DNA from: an uncultured Clostridia bacterium
GTDB lineage: Bacteria > Bacillota > Clostridia > Christensenellales > UBA1242
NCBI GenBank assembly: GCA_947589025.1
Contig: CANQAY010000007.1
Coordinates: 2,919-66,918 of the forward strand
Direction: 5' to 3'
Length of the DNA stretch: 64,000 bases
Shown here: positions 40,819 through 47,627 of the stretch, piece after piece
Layout of the letters: every line of letters starts with the position of its first letter
Numbering within the stretch: the first letter of the stretch is position 1
Made by a program: the position numbers and the translations under genes
The notes under the pieces: generated by a model
Database searches by the model: none
What the model was told of the DNA's origin: nothing
What the model saw: the letters and a program-made list of their open reading frames with translations, nothing else

Positions 40819-41850
40819 TTAATATTTTTTTATTAAATCAATTATTTTTTGGCGACCGTTAGTTGCATTTAAATTTTTATATTTTCCCTTTAAATTGTTA
40901 ATTTGTTTGTAAAATGATTTAATGGTTTTTAAAAGGTTTGTTGGTGTTAAATCTGTTTCATGCAATATTGTTGCCACACCCAAATTTTCATAATATTTTG
41001 CGTTTAAAAGTTGGTCGCCCCGCGTGGCTTTATTTTCAAGCGGAATGAGTATCATGGGCAACTTTTTGTAAAAGCATTCAGCAGTTACCCCTGCCCCGCT
41101 TCTACCCAAAACAAAGTTAGATAAATTGTATAAATTAACCATGTCATCAGTTTGTTCAATTGCGTTGTAATTATCATACGATTTTATTTTTAAATTGCCT
41201 TTGCCTGTTATGTGAATAATATTAAAATTTAAAAGTAAATCTTTAATTATAGGAAAAATCATATCGTTAATCTTTTGTGAGCCAAGCGAGCCCCCAACAA
41301 TCAACAATGTTGGCTTATTATCGTCTAACTTTAAACCGCCCTTGTTTTTGCTTGTCTTTTCAAAGTCTGCACTAAAAATTGGCCCAGTGTAAACAATTTT
41401 TTTATTTTTTCCTTCCAAATTTTTAAAATTAACGCACATTGTGTTGCAAGTTTTTAAAATAATTTTATTGGCAAGGCCAAAGGAATAGTCACTTTCGTGC
41501 GCAACAACGGGTATTTTTAGCATTTTTGCCGCAATGCAAACTGGCAAAGCCACATATCCACCCTTTGAAAACACCACATTTGGCCCAATAGCTTTTAAGG
41601 CCCTTTTTGCTTCTTTAATTGCTTTAAACAACACAAAAGGAATTTTTAAATTAACAAATATTTTACCCCTAACCAGTTTTATGGCAGAAATTGGAAAATA
41701 TTCCGCCACCTGTGAAGCTTTTTCTTTCTCAATGCCATTGCTGCCTATGTAAAAAATGTCATAATCGTTTTTTAATTCGTCAATCAAATACATGTTAGGC
41801 ATAACATGCCCCAATGTTCCGCCACCAGTAAACACAATTGTTTTTTTCAT
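40819..41850 (-). CDS. murG: MurG-type undecaprenyl-PP-MurNAc-pentapeptide GlcNAc transferase (GT28)
   Basis: 343 aa. MKKTIVFTGGGTLGHVMPN.. N-terminal G-loop and GT-B C-terminal pattern (GRSGAGVTAE). Confidence 0.8.
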   Translation of the reverse strand: MKKTIVFTGGGTLGHVMPNMYLIDELKNDYDIFYIGSNGIEKEKASQVAEYFPISAIKLVRGKIFVNLKIPFVLFKAIKEAKRALKAIGPNVVFSKGGYVALPVCIAAKMLKIPVVAHESDYSFGLANKIILKTCNTMCVNFKNLEGKNKKIVYTGPIFSADFEKTSKNKGGLKLDDNKPTLLIVGGSLGSQKINDMIFPIIKDLLLNFNIIHITGKGNLKIKSYDNYNAIEQTDDMVNLYNLSNFVLGRSGAGVTAECFYKKLPMILIPLENKATRGDQLLNAKYYENLGVATILHETDLTPTNLLKTIKSFYKQINNLKGKYKNLNATNGRQKIIDLIKKY

Positions 41851-41958
41851 AGAACTATTGTATGTAAATTAATGTCGAAATATAAGCAACAATTTAATTT
41901 TTTATTAGCAAAATGTTTTGTGGCAAAATAAAAATTAGCAACAAATTATCAAAATCTA

Positions 41959-41987
41959 TTGACATCCAAATTAAATATTGATATAAT
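41959..41987 (+). promoter_or_regulatory. Consensus sigmaA promoter of tRNA-Lys(CTT)
   Basis: TTGACA-17nt-TATAAT, both hexamers perfect, about 15 nt before the tRNA. Confidence 0.75.
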
Positions 41988-42002
41988 ATTAAAGTTTTAA
42001 AT

Positions 42003-42078
42003 GGACCGCTAGCTCAGTTGGTAGAGCAACTGACTCTTAATCAGTGGGTCCGGGGTTCGAGTCCCCGGCGGTCCACCA
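42003..42078 (+). tRNA. tRNA-Lys(CTT), integration target
   Basis: GGACCGCTAGCTCAGTTGGTAGAGC..ACTGA-CTCTTAA-TCAGT..GGTTCGAGTCC..GCGGTCCACCA. Confidence 0.92.
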
Positions 42079-42089
42079 AACAAAAAACT
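42032..42089 (+). repeat. attL core (58 bp: 3' part of tRNA-Lys plus 11 nt)
   Basis: gactcttaatcagtgggtccggggttcgagtccccggcggtccaccaaacaaaaaact is identical to 54656-54713. Confidence 0.9.
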
Positions 42090-42106
42090 ATTTTATAGGT
42101 GATTTA

Positions 42107-42142
42107 GCCACTTTTCAATTTTTTGAAAAAGTGGCATTTTTT
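42107..42142 (+). terminator. Element-borne terminator behind the reconstituted tRNA-Lys
   Basis: gccacttttcaa..ttgaaaagtggc hairpin followed by attttttgtgtttttt. Confidence 0.6.
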
Positions 42143-42161
42143 GTGTTTTTTGCCCAATTTT

Positions 42162-42183
42162 TGGGGTCAAATTTGGGGTCAAA
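42162..42183 (+). repeat. Two TGGGGTCAAA arm-type repeats (12-nt spacing)
   Basis: ttggggtcaaatttggggtcaaac lies between attL and the integrase stop. Confidence 0.65.
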
Positions 42184-42196
42184 CTTTTGATATATA

Positions 42197-43240
42197 TTAT
42201 TTAAATAAATAATATAATTCTCCGTAAAGATTTAAAATCTTTTCTTTTTTTATTGTCCTATCTATAAAAATGTATACTTTTTGTGTTAAATCCACAGTTT
42301 CATGCCCTAACCATGAACTTATTAATTTATCCGGGTTGCCAAGATACCAGTGATTGGTTGTAAAAGTGTGTCTTAATGTGTGTAATTTGCCTTTTATGTT
42401 TAGTGTGTTTAATAATTTCATAAACTGCTTATAAACCTGTCCGCTGCTTAATTTACAAATTTCATTGGCATGTGATTCTATATATTTCGTTGCTGCAGGA
42501 CTCAAATCGATGTATCTATACACCGTTTTATTAAATCTTTTCTTTTCACACTTAATTTTTAACAAATTATTTTCACAATCTAATGCTTTTAACAACTCGT
42601 CTTTTGTTTGCGGTCTCTCATTTTTCCTTACGCCAGTTAGCAGATAAAACATTATTACATGTTCAATAGGTTTTCCCTTTAGGGCCTCAAGTATCCTAAC
42701 TTGTTCATCATATGTAAATGGAGGGTCTATGTTTGATTGTTTTGCGTCTGCAACAAACTCTTCAAACAAATCTTGTTTAATTAGGTTTAAACCCTTAGCC
42801 TTTTTCAACGCGGCCTTAACATAAAGGATAACGAGTTCTTTTGTCCTTGATGGTTTCATTTTGTTAAAAAAGTTTTGTAACATGTCCGTTGTTAAACTAT
42901 TTATATAAATTTTGGCAATTTCGGTGTTGTCGATATGGTTTTTAAAATATCGCTTGATTTCATTTATTGTTCTTGCTTTTATTCGATTGTTGTTTTTATA
43001 GGTATCCGCCCAATAATAACACCAGTCAATAAGCGTATATCTTCTGACCGAGTTAGAAGAAGCATAAATATATTTGTCTTGTTTTAAACGTCTTAGAGCC
43101 GCAATAAGCTCTCTTTGGGTAGGTTTGATAATGGCTTGCCTTACGCCATTGGTCATTTTACGCCATTCCCATCTGCCATCTACTCTTTGTCTAATGTTTT
43201 TCATAATGTCCTTTTCTCCTTTTGATTGAATTAAGGACAT
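42197..43240 (-). CDS. int: Tyrosine recombinase / phage integrase
   Basis: 347 aa. The N-terminal RQRVDGRWEWRK is arm-binding-like. The C-terminal HTLRHTFTTN..WLGHETVDLTQKVY matches box II and the catalytic Tyr. The start may be ATG 43204. Confidence 0.9.
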   Translation of the reverse strand: MSLIQSKGEKDIMKNIRQRVDGRWEWRKMTNGVRQAIIKPTQRELIAALRRLKQDKYIYASSNSVRRYTLIDWCYYWADTYKNNNRIKARTINEIKRYFKNHIDNTEIAKIYINSLTTDMLQNFFNKMKPSRTKELVILYVKAALKKAKGLNLIKQDLFEEFVADAKQSNIDPPFTYDEQVRILEALKGKPIEHVIMFYLLTGVRKNERPQTKDELLKALDCENNLLKIKCEKKRFNKTVYRYIDLSPAATKYIESHANEICKLSSGQVYKQFMKLLNTLNIKGKLHTLRHTFTTNHWYLGNPDKLISSWLGHETVDLTQKVYIFIDRTIKKEKILNLYGELYYLFK

Positions 43241-43405
43241 TCCAAAATAATTTGACCTTGTTTTCCCGCTTTTTATATCTTCTTTATCTATTTTGCCTTT
43301 AATGTAGGCCTGATAGATTTCATTTTCTGCCCGGATGTACTCTAACCTTTCGTTTTGTTTTTTAAAAATTCAAAAATCTTTTCGTATTCTACGCTTTCCA
43401 CCGGG

Positions 43406-43714
43406 CTAATCCTCCGTTAGGCCGGTAACATAAGCTCGCGTTTTTGCCAATTCAAGCTGATTCATTTTTAAAATCTTTTTAATTAAATAGGCCTCGTTAT
43501 CATCTAAGAACTTTAAATTAATAACTTCAGTTTCGCGGCCAACCAATTCGTCAATGCTCACATTAAAGAAATCTGCTATTTTTATAAGAGTTTCAATGCT
43601 TGGGTCATTTCTGCCGGCCTCATAATAATAAAAAGTTGTTTGTGGCATACCCAGTTTTTTAGCAACTTCACTTTGAGACAAATTTAGTTTTTGTCGCAAT
43701 TCTTTTAACTTCAT
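43406..43714 (-). CDS. XRE-family HTH regulator (paralog 2 of a tandem pair)
   Basis: 102 aa. LRQKLNLSQSEVAKKLGMPQTTFYYYEAG is an HTH_3 motif. The C-terminal domain is shared with the neighbour. Confidence 0.8.
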   Translation of the reverse strand: MKLKELRQKLNLSQSEVAKKLGMPQTTFYYYEAGRNDPSIETLIKIADFFNVSIDELVGRETEVINLKFLDDNEAYLIKKILKMNQLELAKTRAYVTGLTED

Positions 43715-44022
43715 TACTCCTCCAACAATCCTGTAATATAGGCCCGTGTTTTTGACAATTCAAGCTGATTCATTTTTAAAATCTTTTTAATTAAGTAAGC
43801 TTCATTTTCGTCTAAGAACTTAAGATTTACTGTATCGCTATCTCTCCCCACCAATTCATCTAGCGATACATTGTAAAAATCAGCAATCTTAATTAACGCG
43901 TCAATGCTTGGACGGCAGGTGCCTTGTTCATAACTGAATAATGTCGTAATTGGAATTTCTAATTTTTCAGATAATTCCCTTTGTGATATTCCCAATTTTT
44001 GTCTAAATGATTTTAAATTCAT
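43714..44022 (-). CDS. XRE-family HTH regulator (paralog 1, CI-like position)
   Basis: 102 aa, about two-thirds identical by eye to the adjacent ORF. It faces the divergent promoter region. Confidence 0.8.
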   Translation of the reverse strand: MNLKSFRQKLGISQRELSEKLEIPITTLFSYEQGTCRPSIDALIKIADFYNVSLDELVGRDSDTVNLKFLDENEAYLIKKILKMNQLELSKTRAYITGLLEE

Positions 44023-44129
44023 AAAAAACCTCCTTTTGTATTCGACATTTGAATTTTACCACTCTGATGTAAAAAAACAATGAATAATAAAAAAATTTTT
44101 AAAATTTTACAAAATTACCGTAAAATTGC

Positions 44130-44157
44130 TTGACATTTTATGTTGTATTCGTAAAAT
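44130..44157 (+). promoter_or_regulatory. Rightward early promoter of the element
   Basis: TTGACA-16nt-TAAAAT. The TGTATTCG operator-like half-site lies in the spacer. A palindrome atttacatt-gat-aatgtaaat follows at 44167-44187. Confidence 0.55.
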
Positions 44158-44218
44158 TAATTATAAATTTACATTGATAATGTAAATACAACCTCCTTTG
44201 TATTCGACAAACAAAGGA

Positions 44219-44620
44219 ATATGGCGCATTTTTCTCCCATTTCGTGTGCGCCATACATGCCGAGATTGAGCCTAAAGCTTAAAATTGGCTTTTAAAAACT
44301 CCGTGGCGCATGCACCCCTAGTGCGCCATACATGCCGAGATTAAGGGAAGAGCCTTAAAATCGGCTTAGCAATCAATCAATTACAATTTTCCCCTTCCCG
44401 CCAGCAATGGCGGTCATGCCCTTAATGGAAGCAAACGGTCGCGCCGGGCCAAGTTCGAGTCTTGGCGAGGGCTATGTGAACTGCTGCATAAACTTATGGC
44501 CAAAGTTAAAAAGCAGGCGGATGATTGAACGTTGTGGAGCCGGCAAATCACAACGTTCCTGTTGTTGGCTAGGAAAAAGCCTTATGCAGTGCAAATCTGC
44601 AAGCCAGCACTTAGGAGGAG
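44219..44620 (+). ncRNA. Structured non-coding leader / candidate ncRNA with two 75-nt tandem repeat units (class unknown)
   Basis: Two units each consist of a GGCGCA..TGCGCC hairpin, the identical 22-mer GTGCGCCATACATGCCGAGATT (44246, 44321) and an AGCC..GGCT hairpin. A GC-enriched block follows with a 10-bp perfect hairpin gaacgttgtg/cacaacgttc and a T-arm-like gccaag-ttcgagt-cttggc. It has no RBS and its translation is Cys/Arg-rich. Confidence 0.5.
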
Positions 44621-44622
44621 TT

Positions 44623-44889
44623 GTGGAAAAGATAAGATTGCAATCGATTGGTTGGCACAATGCCGTCAAAGCAAAAGAACTTAAGCCTAATGATGTTCTT
44701 ATTTGGAATTTTGGTGGCAGAGAAAAAGTTACCAGTGTATTACCTTCAAAAAATGGCAAAACCTTATCCATTGGCATTCAATATAAAAATTTTGAAGGCA
44801 AAACTGTCAATAGCCGAAGAAGGTTATCGGCCAACACGTTGGTTGCCACAGAAAAAGTTAATTCAACAATCATTAAACCAAAATTATAG
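44623..44889 (+). CDS. Hypothetical protein
   Basis: GTG start 4 nt after AGGAGG. This is the real coding part of track ORF 44407..44889. 88 aa. Confidence 0.55.
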   Translation: MEKIRLQSIGWHNAVKAKELKPNDVLIWNFGGREKVTSVLPSKNGKTLSIGIQYKNFEGKTVNSRRRLSANTLVATEKVNSTIIKPKL

Positions 44890-44897
44890 GAGTTTAA

Positions 44898-45329
44898 ATG
44901 AAAAACACCAAACAAAAAGCCAATAAAATTAAGCCAAAAATTGATGTTAAGATTGGACAAACATTAGAGACAAATGATATCTATTTGCCACACGAGAAAA
45001 AAGACAAACCGAAATCAAAAAGCCGCCCAGCAATTGTTGTGGATAAAAACTCCAAACAAGAATTAGTAATTGTGCCCGGCAGCACGAAAAACACACCGAA
45101 TACTACAGAATACAAGAAATATGGAATTCAATATTACCGACACAATATCGAAATCGAAGATAACGAACAGAAGCCGATTAAAGTAAATCAAAAATTTAGA
45201 ATCACCAAAAACTCTACTAAGTTACCGGAGAGTGAAGCAATAAAGATTCGTACCAAAGTTATTGAACATTCAAAATTTTCTAGTGAAAATAGGAAAAAGT
45301 ACAATAAATTTTGGAAAAGAAAAAAGTAG
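44898..45329 (+). CDS. PemK/MazF-like (SH3-barrel toxin fold) protein, tentative
   Basis: 143 aa. IGQTLETNDIYLP..KSRPAIVVDKNSKQELVIVPGSTKN parallels the MazF/PemK GD..V.F....RPAVV......V.P.T pattern. AGGAG RBS. Confidence 0.4.
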   Translation: MKNTKQKANKIKPKIDVKIGQTLETNDIYLPHEKKDKPKSKSRPAIVVDKNSKQELVIVPGSTKNTPNTTEYKKYGIQYYRHNIEIEDNEQKPIKVNQKFRITKNSTKLPESEAIKIRTKVIEHSKFSSENRKKYNKFWKRKK

Positions 45330-45549
45330 AGATTAAACCACTCTACTCAATGCCAAGACTTTCAAGGCGGGTGCTCGCCTAGCACAGAATTATAATTTGA
45401 ACTTATAACCTGTTACGCTATGAGCCTTTTAGATAGCCACGGGCGGAAGTCATTAACTCCACAGGACTAATCTTTGTGGAAGTATAACACTAAATTTTCG
45501 ACTTGTCAATACAAATTTTAAAAATTTTTACAAAAAAAGGACCATTTTA

Positions 45550-45765
45550 ATGGAAAATTTAGAGATTTTGCAAGAAAAATACCGCGATTTAGCCAAAGAG
45601 CACCAACAGCTGCAGCGAGATTACATATTGGTTGTTAAAGACAATGCAAGCTTAAGAAAAGATGTTAAAGCCCTGCGCGAGCTGTTGAATGCAAAACAAA
45701 AAAAAGAATTTGAGCTTAACAAAATTCTGCAAGGTCAAATCGAATTACCTATTGGAGGCAAATAA
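45550..45765 (+). CDS. Hypothetical coiled-coil protein
   Basis: 71 aa with a heptad-rich sequence. Confidence 0.45.
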   Translation: MENLEILQEKYRDLAKEHQQLQRDYILVVKDNASLRKDVKALRELLNAKQKKEFELNKILQGQIELPIGGK

Positions 45766-45990
45766 ATGGAAATTCCCACTCACTTTTGGTTAAGAATTAC
45801 CAAGACAAACAATGAATTCCCCACATCGTTTGCAGATTTTAGCGCTAGACTTGGTAATTTGCGCCGCAATAAAGTTAGTGTTACACCTTTTGTTGGATAT
45901 GATGATTCAACCAAAAAACACGGTATTCGCTGGCAATTGTACGGTGAATATAAAAAATTAAAGAAAAAGGAGGAAGCACCAAATGTTTAA
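45766..45990 (+). CDS. Hypothetical protein
   Basis: 74 aa. The GGAGG RBS lies inside the end of the preceding gene. Confidence 0.5.
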   Translation: MEIPTHFWLRITKTNNEFPTSFADFSARLGNLRRNKVSVTPFVGYDDSTKKHGIRWQLYGEYKKLKKKEEAPNV

Positions 45991-46204
45991 AAAAACAAAG
46001 AAAACCGCCCAAAAAACTAAAGCTAGGACCACGGCAAAGAAAGCTGTAAAACCTGCAGCTAAGAAAACAGCAGTTAGAAAAACAGCCAAGAAAGCCACAA
46101 AACCAGCTGCAAAGAGAACTACAGCTGCAAAAAAGGGCCTACCAAACGAACTTTATATTGTTGATAAAACTGGTCGTGTTTACACCAAACTTGCTAAAAA
46201 ATAA
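45983..46204 (+). CDS. Lys/Ala-rich histone-H1-like basic protein (candidate DNA-coating protein)
   Basis: 73 aa. KKTAQKTKARTTAKKAVKPAAKKTAVRKTAKKATKPAAKRTTAAKK, then a short globular tail. AGGAGG RBS. Confidence 0.55.
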   Translation: MFKKTKKTAQKTKARTTAKKAVKPAAKKTAVRKTAKKATKPAAKRTTAAKKGLPNELYIVDKTGRVYTKLAKK

Positions 46205-46242
46205 GCAAAACACTGCATTTTTGCAGTGTTTGGAGGTTAAAA

Positions 46243-46398
46243 ATGCTAATTGTGAGATATGCAGACAATAATGGTGAAATTAAAGAAATTAATGTTTCAT
46301 CCAAAAATGCGTTCTATGTTTACAAAAATGCAAAGCGCATGTATTTACATGCGGATTTAATTTTAGTTGCAAATGACAAAGAATTTTGTTTAATGTAA
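46243..46398 (+). CDS. Hypothetical small protein (51 aa, below the ORF-track cutoff)
   Basis: GGAGG RBS. Own translation: MLIVRYADNNGEIKEINVSSKNAFYVYKNAKRMYLHADLILVANDKEFCLM. Confidence 0.45.
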   Translation: MLIVRYADNNGEIKEINVSSKNAFYVYKNAKRMYLHADLILVANDKEFCLM

Positions 46399-46407
46399 GG
46401 AGTTTTA

Positions 46408-47442
46408 ATGGTTATACCAGATTACATTGTTAGAAATAACAATTTAAGCCTTAATGCCAAATTTCTTTATGCTTTAATCTTGGAAAATCAAAATAACGGC
46501 GTATGTATTGAAAACAATACATTTTTTGCATGCCGCCTTGATAAAGGTGTAACCGAGCGCACTGTTAGAACTTACATTAAAGAGCTTAAAGACAATGGCA
46601 TTATATTTGTTGGAAGATATAAACAAGCCAAAAATGCCATTTTTGTTATAAATACGCAAGATTATGTTCAAAACACTGTTCAAAAAATTACAAAAGTTGA
46701 TGAAGGTCAAACCAACGTCCAAGAACTGGAAAAAATTTTCCACTTCGCGGAAATTAACGGTCAAAACACCCTAAATTCGACCCCTAATATTAATTATACT
46801 AAAGGATTATATACTTTAGTTTTAGTTAGTAAAGAAAATAAAAATAATAATTATATATCTAAAAGCGCGCGCGTGCGCGAGGAAATTGATAATTATACCA
46901 TTTTTTCAAATTATGATAGGTTGAAAGAATCCGAACGAGCGCCGATATATGACGATAAAAGCCGTGCACACTATACTAACTTGTTGTTTAGGGAGTTTTT
47001 TAAGTGGAATACATCCGGCAAGCTGCACAATGCCGGCATTGAGATTGTTGATACTATAATCGAAGCGTTAAAGCAATCTAATTCATTGTTGGGCTTTAAA
47101 TATGATATGGTAACATACGACAAAAACAATCCTTTTTCAGATTTAGTGTTAAATTTAACTGAAAACGAGTTTACCAGTATTGCCAGCTCTATTGCCTTTA
47201 GGGATGATATAAACAATCGCCCGGCATACATAATTGGGGCCATTGTGCAAGCTGGCACAAAAATAAACTGGAAAAAAGCCGACGAATTAGTGCGCAAAGG
47301 TTGGCCGTGGTCTGATTGGACGCCGACGGATAAAACATTATCCAACGTGTTTTTTGCCACTCAGCATCGGGTTGAAAAAGAAAAACAATATTTGCAATTC
47401 AAACAAGAGTTTGAAAATAAAAATTTAAGGAGGAATCTATGA
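46408..47442 (+). CDS. Winged-helix / replisome-organizer-like replication protein (tentative)
   Basis: 344 aa. N-terminal LSLNAKFLYALIL..TERTVRTYIKELKDNGII is a wHTH typical of phage/plasmid replication initiators. The central linker is low-complexity. Confidence 0.4.
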   Translation: MVIPDYIVRNNNLSLNAKFLYALILENQNNGVCIENNTFFACRLDKGVTERTVRTYIKELKDNGIIFVGRYKQAKNAIFVINTQDYVQNTVQKITKVDEGQTNVQELEKIFHFAEINGQNTLNSTPNINYTKGLYTLVLVSKENKNNNYISKSARVREEIDNYTIFSNYDRLKESERAPIYDDKSRAHYTNLLFREFFKWNTSGKLHNAGIEIVDTIIEALKQSNSLLGFKYDMVTYDKNNPFSDLVLNLTENEFTSIASSIAFRDDINNRPAYIIGAIVQAGTKINWKKADELVRKGWPWSDWTPTDKTLSNVFFATQHRVEKEKQYLQFKQEFENKNLRRNL

Positions 47443-47597
47443 CAAAATTTGAAAAAGCCTTGCTTATCATATTTTGCACCATATTGGCCCTTGTTCTTGC
47501 CACGGTAATAATTAGCTTGGTTGTTGCACATAGCCACAATATTACCTTCGTTGAACAATGGACTGAATGGCTAAAAGCAATGCATTTCATTAAATGA
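47439..47597 (+). CDS. 52-aa single-TM protein (candidate major coat protein)
   Basis: AGGAGG RBS. Its ATG overlaps the upstream stop (ATGA). MTKFEKALLIIFCTILALVLATVIISLVVAHSHNITFVEQWTEWLKAMHFIK. Below the ORF-track cutoff. Confidence 0.5.
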   Translation: MTKFEKALLIIFCTILALVLATVIISLVVAHSHNITFVEQWTEWLKAMHFIK

Positions 47598-47627
47598 CGC
47601 GTTTAAATTATTAAATTAGGAGTTAAT

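Noticed and set aside
43241-43372. 43 stop-free codons in the integrase frame upstream of its ATG (..ERLEYIRAENEIYQAYIKGKIDKEDIKSGKTRSNYFG-M..), possibly an N-terminal extension or a frameshifted Xis-like ORF
   Set aside because: There is no in-frame start or RBS. The integrase already begins with a typical arm-binding N-terminus (RQRVDGRWEWRK). An open stretch of this length can occur by chance. I note it only as something to re-check if reads show an indel in the A6 run near 43365.
44041-44209. TTCGACA (reverse complement of the Spo0A box TGTCGAA) inside the duplicated operator-like boxes, hinting at Spo0A control of the prophage switch
   Set aside because: A 7-mer of this composition is expected several times by chance in 64 kb. 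I also see it at 21908, 41872 and 47633 in unrelated contexts. The 18-nt duplication is the real signal, and I cannot establish a Spo0A link from sequence alone.
44407-44622. N-terminal 72 codons of track ORF 44407..44889
   Set aside because: There is no RBS at 44407, and the composition is Cys/Arg/Gly-rich and coincides with stacked GC hairpins. A proper AGGAGG-GTG start exists at 44623. I treat the upstream part as non-coding structure.
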